Source of the DNA: Microcoleus sp.
Lineage (GTDB): Bacteria; Cyanobacteriota; Cyanobacteriia; Cyanobacteriales; Microcoleaceae
Assembly (NCBI GenBank): GCA_042408215.1
Contig: JAYFMW010000029.1
Coordinates: forward strand, 96,866-160,865
Length of the DNA stretch: 64,000 nt
Direction: 5' to 3'
A model generated the notes under the pieces. The model was not told the origin of the DNA. It worked only from the letters and a program-made list of their open reading frames with translations, and did no database searches. Below, one piece after another: positions 28,449 to 38,547 of this stretch; positions within the stretch are counted from its first letter, which is position 1, and the number at the start of each line of letters is the position of its first letter. The position numbers and the translations under genes are program-made.

Positions 28449-29963
28449 ATGGACTTTGAGAATATTCGTCAGTGGCAGGGAACTGCTGAGGCGATCGCCA
28501 AGGAACTTAAACGCCAAATCGACAGGCTTGGGTTGTCTGTGGAACCGCCGGCCGTGCGAACTGTCCGGTTGTGGCGATCGAAGCAGCTTTTGTCGCAACC
28601 GAAAGGGCAAGAATTTAGATTTCGCCAGATTTTGGAGGGATTGGGTGTGGCGCTGCTGCTGAAGCGGGGCTGGACGCTGGCGGCGATCGCGCAAGTTTTA
28701 CCCTCATTCCCCGACGCAACTTTGGAGCAACAAATTATTGCCGAGGCTGATGGTCAAGACCCCTCGTGGTTGCCACAAATGCAAACAACTACATTACCAT
28801 TACCTACAGGACACGCCAGCGCTGTCGATCTCGCTGAAGATACTGTTATATTGCTGGCCCAGGGAATTCTGCGGCAATACACAAGAATTCTCAATCGAGA
28901 CATTGTTCGTCAAGATGACAAGAGTATGCCATCGGAACTTTATCGGGCTATGTGCAAGTTGGGCCGACTGTATATCGAAGCCGGAAAAAGCGATCGCGCG
29001 GCTTGCGTGCATACCGTTTTGGAACGTGCTAGATATCCCCTTGATGAGTGGGAATTAGATATTTTTTGTCACCCAGATTTTCGCTTTGGTCAAGCAATTC
29101 TCATCGATTCCGACTTGCGAGTGCCGACTTCAGATTGTGCTGAAATTGCCAACAGCAAAGGTACTTTTGGCGAAGATAATGTCATCGAACATCGCCTGTA
29201 TGAACGGTTGCGCGAGGCAACTGAACGATTGGGAATTCGCCGCCAGCACAAAGCTTATACGGCTTTGCGATCGCTATTTGGCAGTCGATCGCTCATTGGA
29301 GAACATCAACTTTTAGACTACTTACGTGACAAGGATTTAACGCCTTTGCAGGGAATGATTGTTGACACCTTTTTTGATAGCGTGCCGGATGTCTGGTTAA
29401 TTAACGGACAGGCTCATCGCTGCGCCCATTGCGGTACGCTGATGCGACCATATGCCGATAAAATACTTTTTCCCGATGGGCGATGTCCGATTCGCCAATG
29501 CCTCGGTCACAACTCCTCAACAGCAAAAGTTTCTGATAAATTAGACCCAAACCAAGACCGCTTGCTGATTGCCAAACCGCAAATTTTAACCTATTGGACT
29601 GGGCCGGCGATCGACGAATTAGCAATTTTTGATGCAGCCCTAAAAAACGGACTCGATGCCGAACTTTACCCAGAATCTGACCTGTGCGATGTCGCAATTA
29701 ACGGTCGAAATATTGGCATTGACGCGAAGTCATACACCAGTCCTGTCTCCCTTGCCTTGCGCCTCAACCGCACTGGCATCGGGGGGCTGATTCACTACCG
29801 CCGCCGCATCATTGCCGTCAGCGACCAATTAATTGAGGAGCGGCCAGATTACCTCTCTACTTTCCAGTCTGCGATCGATAAAAAAGGCAATCCTGCTACT
29901 CTCGAAATTATGTCTGTTTCACAAGTCATTGAATTGTTAAAGGCAATTAAATATGAGAATTAA
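28449..29963 (+). CDS. PIWI-RE-associated restriction-endonuclease-fold protein (MerR-like HTH + Y domain + Zn ribbon + REase)
   Basis: VRTVRLWRSKQLL..P..GWTLAAIAQ HTH; CAHC/CPIRQC; YPESDLCDV..IGIDAKSY PD-(D/E)XK; operon context. Confidence 0.82.
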   Translation: MDFENIRQWQGTAEAIAKELKRQIDRLGLSVEPPAVRTVRLWRSKQLLSQPKGQEFRFRQILEGLGVALLLKRGWTLAAIAQVLPSFPDATLEQQIIAEADGQDPSWLPQMQTTTLPLPTGHASAVDLAEDTVILLAQGILRQYTRILNRDIVRQDDKSMPSELYRAMCKLGRLYIEAGKSDRAACVHTVLERARYPLDEWELDIFCHPDFRFGQAILIDSDLRVPTSDCAEIANSKGTFGEDNVIEHRLYERLREATERLGIRRQHKAYTALRSLFGSRSLIGEHQLLDYLRDKDLTPLQGMIVDTFFDSVPDVWLINGQAHRCAHCGTLMRPYADKILFPDGRCPIRQCLGHNSSTAKVSDKLDPNQDRLLIAKPQILTYWTGPAIDELAIFDAALKNGLDAELYPESDLCDVAINGRNIGIDAKSYTSPVSLALRLNRTGIGGLIHYRRRIIAVSDQLIEERPDYLSTFQSAIDKKGNPATLEIMSVSQVIELLKAIKYEN

Positions 29964-32900
29964 ACCGGATTTCTGGACAGGCCCAGATCGCATCTGCTGG
30001 CTGTGCGTTTTGATGGCAGAATTTATTGATACTAATTCCCTAGAATATGCTCCTTTAACAATATCGGGAATGGCGAGTATTGTCAATGCACCTGCGTTGG
30101 CAAAAGCCCGCCAAGCCATTTTTAATATGCGCCTGATGTCGCTGGCTTACGTGACAGAACAGTCAGTTAAACACGCAGTTGCTATTTATAACGATCGCCA
30201 CTACCGCAACAAAACTCAGGGAACCTATAAAATCAACTTAGAAACACTTCATTTTGAACGCACAGACCCCCTAGAAGACCCTTTAATTACCCAAGCACGT
30301 CAAATTCTCAGCCAGCCTTTAGCACACCTATTTTACAGCGCCACCTTTGCCGATCCCCGCCAGCCAATGGCCGTTGCTTTAGGTGAAGAAACAACAGCCG
30401 CGAGAGTGCCAATTGGACCGATCGCAGCCCCGCTTGCGCCGCGCCGCACCCATTCCCTCGATCGCGCCCCGAAAGCAAAAATCCGCATTCCCCTTGCGGA
30501 ACTGTACGAATTAGCAGTTGAGATGGATGAACGCGAAGCAAATCATCCTGAAAAAAGACAGGGTAGCTGGGTAAAACGGTTTCAACATTTTGCACTTATG
30601 ATGCCCGAAATTGGCAAGGGTTTGCGAGAAGAAACATTCATCGAATTAGAAGGCATTAAACACTTAATTGGACTACCAGGATCGGGCAAAACAACTTTGC
30701 TCGTATTGATAGCTGTGTGGTTGGGAAAATGCGGTTATAAAGCGATGTTTGTGTTTCCCTCCATTGAAGTTGCTAGACAGTACATGGCAGAACTGGCATT
30801 TCACGAAATTAAAGTGGGAATGCTAGTCGGTCAAAGCGATGGAGCTCGCCGCCGACACGCTGACAATATTGCCGAGGCGATCGCAGCATCAGGGGGAAAT
30901 GGCGGCTTTGGTTATAGTTTAGAACAGGCAGAAACTTTTGGCTTAAATTGCGTCTTACCTGCGTTTTCAACTGCTGATACTTCGATGTGGAAATTTGGTA
31001 AAGCACCCTGCAACGAAATCTTACAAAGTGGTGGTAAAAAAGGGGAGATGAAAAAGTATCTTTGTCCGGTTTGGACGGTGTGCGGCCGCAACAAAGCTCC
31101 CCGCGATTTGCTAGATGCTGATATTTGGGTCGGCCACGTTCTTTCAATGGATACTGAAGTTCCACCTCATGCTATTCGCGATCGCCTTCGTTATTTTGAA
31201 TTGATTGCTCGGACATTTGATGTCGTAGTTTTTGACGAAGCAGATATGGTACAATCAAATTTGGATGCTTACGGTGCAGCAACTTTAAAACTTTCCGGGG
31301 CGAAAGAATCTATCCATTTAGTCATTCAAGAACAAATTCACAATCGTTTTGCTCGTGGCGAAAACTATCGATTGTTCGATCGCAATGTAGAACATTACAG
31401 CCGTGATTTATCGGAATTTGGCGATCGCAACACATCGTTAATTACTGCCGTTCAAAATATGCCCTCATCGCGAGTCGGCAAACGCTATGAGAATCAGTTG
31501 TTAACTGTTCTCAGAATTGTTAGCGATTTGTTGGATGGTTTTGAGAAAACTTCTAAACGCGATCGCCTCAACGAAGAGGAAGTCAAACAGGGATTTAGCA
31601 AAAGTCGAGCCTTGAAAGAATTCTGGGAAACAGCAGCTTACCATGCTTTTTACGATCGCACGGGCATTGAACCGCACGATCGACTCAACCTGGATCTGTG
31701 CGCTCAAAGGCTGGGGATAAGCTGCGATACCCTCAAACAGCAGTGGGAAACCCAGATTCTTTATTTTCGCCGTTATTTAGCAGAGAATCTGATCGAACGG
31801 CGCGACAATATTGTCAAACAAATTGCCGAATTGTTTTTGCCTTTGTGTTTTAAGGATGGCACTGCATCAGCCGAAGCTCAGGATACAATTACCTTACTTG
31901 TTTGTGTTACTTTTGTGATTTTAGGCTACCAGCGGATTGTACCACAAACGAGGACAATGGTAGCAGAAGGACTGATTCGGGAACCGATCGTCGCATCGAC
32001 TGCAACAGCGGAACTACGACAACTGATTCCTGAGAATATTTTGGGGTCTTTTTCTGGGGTTAAATACAGTTTTAAATCGGCACAAACTACTCTAACTCAA
32101 GCGCACAATGTAGAACTATCTTATATCATTTTTGTGGGCGCGCCTCGGATGTTAATGCACCGCTTTCACCAGTTATTTAAGGCAGATGGCGAACTGACAG
32201 GGCCGGCGGTTTTAATGACTTCAGCTACCTCATTTCTCGAAGCAAGTCCTGCTTATCACATTAACTCTGGGCCGGATTATCTGCTCAAACCGCGCCAAAC
32301 AGAACACGATCCAAAAAAGAGCATTTACCGCTTCAAATGGCTGCCCGATCCCGAATCGCGCGATGAACCTCTCCGATATAGCGGTGCTGGCGAGTTGCGC
32401 GATCGCAATTTAGAAAAAATGGTAGACTTGCTGGTACGCGGAGGAACCAAGAAATCTGAAATTTACAAATCCATCCTCAACTTTGACGTGCAAGATGGTA
32501 TTTACCGCAAAGCTGCCTTAATTGTTAACAGCTACGAACAAGCTCGGAACGTTAAGAAATTTATCAACGATTATCATCCAGAAATCGGCAAAAGAACCAA
32601 AGCAGTTGTTAATTTTCTCGATGACGGAGAGCAACCAACTGATTTCGTCACAAGGGCTCAGTGCGAGGCTTTAGGAGATGATGAAACTTGTGATATTATC
32701 ATTTTTCCAATGTTGGCGATCGGTAGAGGTGTAAATATTGTTTTCACCAAAGGCCCCAGGAAACTCGATGCAGCCATTGGTACAATTTATTTCCTCACCC
32801 GTCCCCACCCCACGACTGACGATACACAACTTTTGTACAGTCTAGCCGGAAAAGCTACCCAAGAATTTGACAGTAAAGTTTTTACTGAAGCAGAAGATTT

Positions 32901-33366
32901 GCCAGCAATTTCTAATGCTTGGAAACAGTCAAGAAAACAACTCTGGAAAACGGCGAATCGGCTGTTACGCGAACCTCTAATGGCTAGCCGTTTGGGTGAA
33001 GATTTATTCAAACCTTTTACGGCAAATCAGATGGTTAAAATTTTGCAAACAATCGGGCGCGGGATGCGAAATGGGTGTCCCGTACAAGTTTACTTTGTCG
33101 ATGCAGCTTGGGCGATTAAATCCACTAAAAATAAACCAGACTCCGGGCGGGACAGTATGCTAGTTCAGATGCGAATTATTTTAGAAGAATGCGTCAAGCA
33201 TCCCGATTCAGTGATTCGAGAAATATATCAAGAACTTTACGGTGCATTTCTCGATCCCCTGCAACGCATTGAGGGCATAGTTTACCCGCCAAGTTTACGG
33301 GATTCAGAAGGTTTGACAGAGGAAGAAGACGATTTTGATGATTTTTCACCTTTATTGGAGATGTAA
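29953..33366 (+). CDS. PIWI-RE-associated DinG-type SF2 helicase (Z domain + helicase)
   Basis: GLPGSGKTT, Cys cluster (NC..PC..CPVWTVC), VFDEAD, MTSATS, IGRGVNI, QTIGRGMR; overlaps the upstream stop by 11 nt. Confidence 0.87.
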   Translation: MRIKPDFWTGPDRICWLCVLMAEFIDTNSLEYAPLTISGMASIVNAPALAKARQAIFNMRLMSLAYVTEQSVKHAVAIYNDRHYRNKTQGTYKINLETLHFERTDPLEDPLITQARQILSQPLAHLFYSATFADPRQPMAVALGEETTAARVPIGPIAAPLAPRRTHSLDRAPKAKIRIPLAELYELAVEMDEREANHPEKRQGSWVKRFQHFALMMPEIGKGLREETFIELEGIKHLIGLPGSGKTTLLVLIAVWLGKCGYKAMFVFPSIEVARQYMAELAFHEIKVGMLVGQSDGARRRHADNIAEAIAASGGNGGFGYSLEQAETFGLNCVLPAFSTADTSMWKFGKAPCNEILQSGGKKGEMKKYLCPVWTVCGRNKAPRDLLDADIWVGHVLSMDTEVPPHAIRDRLRYFELIARTFDVVVFDEADMVQSNLDAYGAATLKLSGAKESIHLVIQEQIHNRFARGENYRLFDRNVEHYSRDLSEFGDRNTSLITAVQNMPSSRVGKRYENQLLTVLRIVSDLLDGFEKTSKRDRLNEEEVKQGFSKSRALKEFWETAAYHAFYDRTGIEPHDRLNLDLCAQRLGISCDTLKQQWETQILYFRRYLAENLIERRDNIVKQIAELFLPLCFKDGTASAEAQDTITLLVCVTFVILGYQRIVPQTRTMVAEGLIREPIVASTATAELRQLIPENILGSFSGVKYSFKSAQTTLTQAHNVELSYIIFVGAPRMLMHRFHQLFKADGELTGPAVLMTSATSFLEASPAYHINSGPDYLLKPRQTEHDPKKSIYRFKWLPDPESRDEPLRYSGAGELRDRNLEKMVDLLVRGGTKKSEIYKSILNFDVQDGIYRKAALIVNSYEQARNVKKFINDYHPEIGKRTKAVVNFLDDGEQPTDFVTRAQCEALGDDETCDIIIFPMLAIGRGVNIVFTKGPRKLDAAIGTIYFLTRPHPTTDDTQLLYSLAGKATQEFDSKVFTEAEDLPAISNAWKQSRKQLWKTANRLLREPLMASRLGEDLFKPFTANQMVKILQTIGRGMRNGCPVQVYFVDAAWAIKSTKNKPDSGRDSMLVQMRIILEECVKHPDSVIREIYQELYGAFLDPLQRIEGIVYPPSLRDSEGLTEEEDDFDDFSPLLEM

Positions 33367-33563
33367 CCATGAACGACGAAGTTTTTGACAAAATTGAATT
33401 CGATGATGATGGTGAAGGAAAGCAGTTCTGGACGCACTCAGACCCAAGAAACCGGGTTTTTTACCGAGTGTGCGGGCTGTAACGAAATATTTTCGTAAAA
33501 AACCCGGTTTCTGGCCACCCATGCGTCCAGATAAAGGAAACTACTATTATTGGAGATGCAACC
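33352..33563. repeat. duplicated RBS + first ~14 codons of PIWI-RE, separated by an inverted-repeat element (33427-33531)
   Basis: TTATTGGAGATGyAACCATGAACGACGAA at 33352 and 33547; TCTGGACGCA/TGCGTCCAGA. Confidence 0.75.
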
Positions 33564-36500
33564 ATGAACGACGAAATTTTTGACGAAATCGAATCCGATG
33601 ATGACGAAGAAACTGAAGCAACTGTATTTTCAGACACCCTTTACATTCCTCTCGGCAAGCCCAAAAGTCTGAAAGAAATTACCTTAGCTTTTACCGTGCC
33701 GGATAATATCGAACCAGTAATAGTCCAAGGTTTAACGCTAGCTTGGACTATTACTGGTTTGCATGAGCTTTCGACCATCCAAAAAGCTATTAAAAATGGT
33801 GATTCAACCATAAAAAATCTCCCTTATGCCTCGTTACGAGGTTTGTTAGAAGTAGGACTTGACAGTGCAGCACGGATTCAGTCTAATTTAGGTTTGAGTA
33901 ATTATTCGTTGAATCCCAAAAGTGTAAAAGAGCCTGAAATATTTGCTTACTTAAATTCCGAAAGTACGGAAGATATCCAGAAAGCGTTACGCCCAATTAT
34001 CAACGAGTGGATGATAAATTATCTCAAACCTTTTGCTGAAAAAGAAGATGGGCTATTGGAAGTTATCGACCGTTTGGAAGATTTACACGAGCAAAAAGAG
34101 TTACTGAAAATTACTGTGTTAAAGTCTCATGTTTTACCTTGGAAATGGAATCCAAATACAGGAACTACAAAGCATAGCAACAATTATGATTATCGCGTGT
34201 TAGTCGATTATGCAGCTCGCGCGATCGCCGGAAAAGAGATTTTTCAGGGGCTAGGAACAATGAAGCGGGTTATCTCTAGCGGCGGAAGCCTCACAACTGG
34301 AACGGCAGAATTGATTACCGATCCCATTACTCTACCCAAACACACAGGAAAATTCAGTCTGGTGGTAAGCTTAGAAGTTGTTACCTATCCTTCTTTGCAC
34401 CAGCCTTTATTGAAGATTGATGTTTCCAAACGCCGCTGGTTCAGTAAGTTAAAACCCGCACAATATAACTCAGCAAATATTACCGGTTTTGTCTTTTCTG
34501 ATGACTACAGCGATCGCACTTTTAGCTACACGGTGCTTTCTCAGTCCGAAAAACAGGAACAAAATCAACAGGACAAAAAGAAAAATTGGGTTTGGGCGAT
34601 CGATAAAGATTTTGAAGCATTGCGCGGCCAGCTCAAACTCCCGATAAAAACGCCTGATAATCAAAATATTGATGGTTCTCAAATTGCCTTGGGGAAAGCT
34701 TCAACCGAACGCTGTCAAGTAATGTTAACTTACCGCAACGGATTGCAAGAAGGAAAACACGGGATTGAGGCTGGCGTACCAGAGATTGATAAGTTAGAAG
34801 CTTTTGAAAAGATTGCCAAAATTCTTGAACCTATCGGTTTTAAAGCCTTTGATAATTACTCACCCGTAAATTTTAAGAGAGGTGAAAGCCACAAATTAGA
34901 TGATGCAGCTTCACGCATGATTAATCTGCCTACTTTGTTAGGTGCTGCTTTAGAAGTTCTCGAAAAAGACGACAGTTCTGATTTGACTCCCAAATATCTA
35001 GAAAGCTTTGAGGACGATGAGTTAAACAGCTTGCTAACTAAACACCTTGATACCAATTTAGATCATATTGCCAAAGGCAGAAAAGCCCTGCAATTGGTTT
35101 GTCAATTAAAAGAACTCAAGGCGATGATTCAGGAAAACCAGGAAGCTATACGTCGGCTATATCCTAACGAAAGACTGTTGCTTGTTGTCTTTTATGAAGA
35201 ACATTTACAAACAGATTTAAGACTGCTGCAAGCAATGATTCGCGTTCTCTGGGGTGGTGCGATCGAACTCATTGCTAATCGTTTACCAGCAAACACTCAC
35301 GGGCCCAAAGAGTCATTACCCGGTGCAAAATTGAAACCGAAAGAGCGATCGCAACACCGCATAAAAGCCTGGGAGTCGATCGTCAAAAAACTGGCTTTAC
35401 GCAAACAGCGCACTTTTTGCCTCGTCATGGCGCGGGAATGGTATCCAAACAACAAACATGACGATGGCGTAAATAAGCCCTCATCCCGTCAAGCACTGGC
35501 TACAATCGCTGGTTCTTGCGTGCAGTTTCTGCTACCGATTGAAACAACCAAGGAGAAAAATATTCTCAACCTCGCTAATTTTTCCCATCGAGTGCAAGCT
35601 GCTCTAAAAGACTTACTTTGGGCTCATTCTGGCCGCATTGATGATGTCAAAGAAAAGGTTGACAAATGGCTAAAAGATACTCCTCAAGAAGACAGACCAA
35701 AAGAAATTATTGCGATTACGATCGTCCGCAAACAGAAAGGTCGCACTCGCGGTTTTATTGACAACACATTTTTGCCAATTGCTGTGCGTCTCAAGGTGGA
35801 GACAGGCGAGTGCGAACTGTGCTGTGCTTATGAGAAAGGGAATAGTTTACAAATCAGTCCTTGGAGCAAATTTTCTGATGCGATCGCCTTCATTTCCCAA
35901 ATCTCCCCCGTGAAACTTGCTAATGACAAAAAGGGGCGTGAAACTTCGTTTCATGGAATTTGTCAAGCAGATTATTTCCAATTCTGTAGAGGAGGGAAAT
36001 CAACCATTAGTTATAATTGATTCTTCCAACTGCGTGCAACTTTGGCCTTGGCTTGCCGATTCTAAAATGAATGCAAATCAAATTAACCTCGGTCAGCAGT
36101 ACGAGCGGATGCAAGACGAGTGGAAAGGCGCGCGGATAATTCGGATTCGCCAAGACCTGGCTCCTGGAATTCTCGATAAAAAAGTACGACATTTTGCGAA
36201 AACTTTTCTGGAAGATCCGCGAACAAAAGAAGAACTAACTTCAACCTTTGAAATTCCCTCTGCCTCCAGTGCAATGAAGTTATTTCTGCTGACTCCAACT
36301 AATCAAAACAGCGAAATTAATCAAACGGGTTGTGTTGCTTACCTGTCTGTAGGACGTAAAACACTCCATCAGAAATCGCGCGGTCAAAGTTGCTATGGCG
36401 AAACCCAAATCAGTACAGTTTTCAAAATAAAAAAAGAGGATTGTTCCCTAGAAAAAGTTTCAAACAAAGCTGGATTAGAGGTTCACAAAATTGGAAATCG

Positions 36501-36744
36501 TTCGCCTTATATCGGACAATTACCAACTCCCAATCCCCTGGAAATTGTTGTGACTTTGCGACAAGAAAAAGATGATTGCGATCGCCTTGCTGCGCTGGTA
36601 GAATCTCTGCGCTATGGTTTCGGTCATTACAGCGACTGGTCGAGCTTACCTGCTCCCCTGTTCTTCGAGCGTGTCGTGCGGGATTACATCAGCGAATTTG
36701 CGATCGAGGATGAAGAGACGGAAGGGGAATCTGACTTAGAATAA
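33564..36744 (+). CDS. PIWI-RE protein (X + MID + RNase H/PIWI), split by a +1 frameshift near 35945 (ORFs 33564..36020 and 35917..36744)
   Basis: PYASL, ELIT, KRRW, DDGVNK..R..LA..GSCVQFL, LVIIDSSN..WPWL, IIRIR, PNPLEI, LRY..GHY..LPAPL; third gene of the canonical REase-helicase-PIWI-RE order. Confidence 0.83.
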
Positions 36745-36754
36745 ATGAGTTAGA

Positions 36755-36828
36755 GCGGTGGCTGAGTAATTCGGTTGGTAGCATAAATTATTTTTAAGGA
36801 ACCGCGAAGGCGCGAAGGACGCGAAGGG
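36755..36828. repeat. 74-bp direct repeat, right boundary; orphan copy of the DUF790 5' end
   Basis: minus strand encodes MLPTELLSHR and then diverges. Confidence 0.85.
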
Positions 36829-36862
36829 AAGAAAGAGAGTTTTTGGAAATCATTTAGGTTTG

Positions 36863-38404
36863 CTACCAGGGGATATCATCATCATTATTTTCTCCCCATT
36901 TGGCGGGTGATTCTGCTGCTTTTTTGGTGGTCTCTCTCTTGACTCCATAAATAGGTGTCGGTTTGACTTTTTCTAATTTCTGATATTCTGGTTCCGGGGG
37001 TTCTATTATTGTTTGCGGTTGGGGTTTCTCGACTTGCATTCCTCCTCTGCGCCGCTGGGATGTTCTTTCCTCACTGGTGTTTTCGGTGACAACTTCGTAG
37101 AGAATTGCGAGTTTATTTACATCGCTGCTTTTTCGCAAAACTCTACCCAATCTTTGGATGTATTCCCGTTCGCTGCCGGTGCCTGACAATATGATAGCAA
37201 TTCTCGCATCGGGAACGTCAACTCCTTCGTTGAGGACGTGGGAGGCGACGAGGGTTTTGTATTCGCCACTGCGAAATTTTTGGAGGATTTCGTGGCGTTC
37301 TTTGACAGGGGTTTGGTGGGTAATTGTTGGGATGAGAAATTCTTGGGAAATGCGGTAAACTGTGGCGTTGTCGGCGGTGAAAATTAGGGTGCGCTGCGGG
37401 TAATGTTTTTCTAGTATTTCGGCTAAGATTCGCAATTTGCCTTCGGTACAAAGGGCGATCGCTTTGGCTTGGTTGTGGGCTAGCATGGCTTGGCGTCCGA
37501 TCGCCGATCGCGCGCTGGCCATGATAAACTTTTTCCATCCTTCCAGGCTGGATATTTTGATGTTAGACTGTTTTAAGAAGTCGTTGCGAGTGTTGATTAA
37601 TTCGCCGTAGCGATCGCCCTCTTCTTTTGACAGTTTTACCATGATTTGCACTATTTTATGGTCGGCTAAAGCATCGCCGGCTAAGTCTTCGGGCCTTCTG
37701 CTAAACACTGTCGGGCCAATCAGGAAGTGCAAATCGCTGTGGCGTCCGTCCGTGCGATCGGGTGTTGCTGTCAATCCCAGTCGAAAAGGCGCGATCGCAT
37801 ATTCGGAAATTACTCGAAAAAAGTCCGTGGGTAAATGATGACATTCGTCAAAAACTAGCAAGCCGTATTTGTTGCCCAAGGTTTCTGCATGAATACTTGC
37901 GCTATCATAAGTTGCCACTAAAATTGGCGTTTTGTCCCGCGAACCTCCGCCCAACAATCCGATTTCGATCTTGGGGAAAGCTGCTGTTAAATTAGCATAC
38001 CACTGGTGCATTAAATCGAGAGTTGGTACTACAATTAATGTACTGCGGTTAGTGGCTTGCATGGCTAATTGTGCCAGGTAAGTTTTCCCCGAAGCCGTGG
38101 GAAGCACCACAACTCCTTGACTACCGGCTTGTCGCCACGCAGCCAGGGCTTGTTCTTGATGTGGATAAGGCTGCATTTCCACGCTGGGTACGAGTTCGAG
38201 TTGTTCGTAGGCGCGGGCTTCGTCGGTGAAGTTGATGCGATCGGCCTGGAGGCATTCTACCAGCGGGCGGTAGTGAATTGCTCGAATGCGGAATTTTTCG
38301 ACGCGATCGTCCCATGTGGCAAAATCCACCCAGTCTCTGCCTTTTGGTGGCGGATGTAGCAGGAGAGTTCCGCGATCGAATGTTAATGTAGGTGTGCGTG
38401 GCAT
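36863..38404 (-). CDS. XPB/SSL2-like DEAD/DEAH (ResIII) helicase
   Basis: LPTASGKT, FDECHH, GLTATP, EGVDVP, QRLGR. Confidence 0.92.
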   Translation of the reverse strand: MPRTPTLTFDRGTLLLHPPPKGRDWVDFATWDDRVEKFRIRAIHYRPLVECLQADRINFTDEARAYEQLELVPSVEMQPYPHQEQALAAWRQAGSQGVVVLPTASGKTYLAQLAMQATNRSTLIVVPTLDLMHQWYANLTAAFPKIEIGLLGGGSRDKTPILVATYDSASIHAETLGNKYGLLVFDECHHLPTDFFRVISEYAIAPFRLGLTATPDRTDGRHSDLHFLIGPTVFSRRPEDLAGDALADHKIVQIMVKLSKEEGDRYGELINTRNDFLKQSNIKISSLEGWKKFIMASARSAIGRQAMLAHNQAKAIALCTEGKLRILAEILEKHYPQRTLIFTADNATVYRISQEFLIPTITHQTPVKERHEILQKFRSGEYKTLVASHVLNEGVDVPDARIAIILSGTGSEREYIQRLGRVLRKSSDVNKLAILYEVVTENTSEERTSQRRRGGMQVEKPQPQTIIEPPEPEYQKLEKVKPTPIYGVKRETTKKAAESPAKWGENNDDDIPW

Positions 38405-38547
38405 TGTTTTTGAGACCTGAGTCGCTCCTGTTAAATTATAAATGACCGATCAAATATATTGACAGCAGACTCTCTTTAGGCTACTTTTAGGAGGAAATCA
38501 ATTCAACCATAATCTACTATACCTCGTTCACTTACCTTCAGAATACT

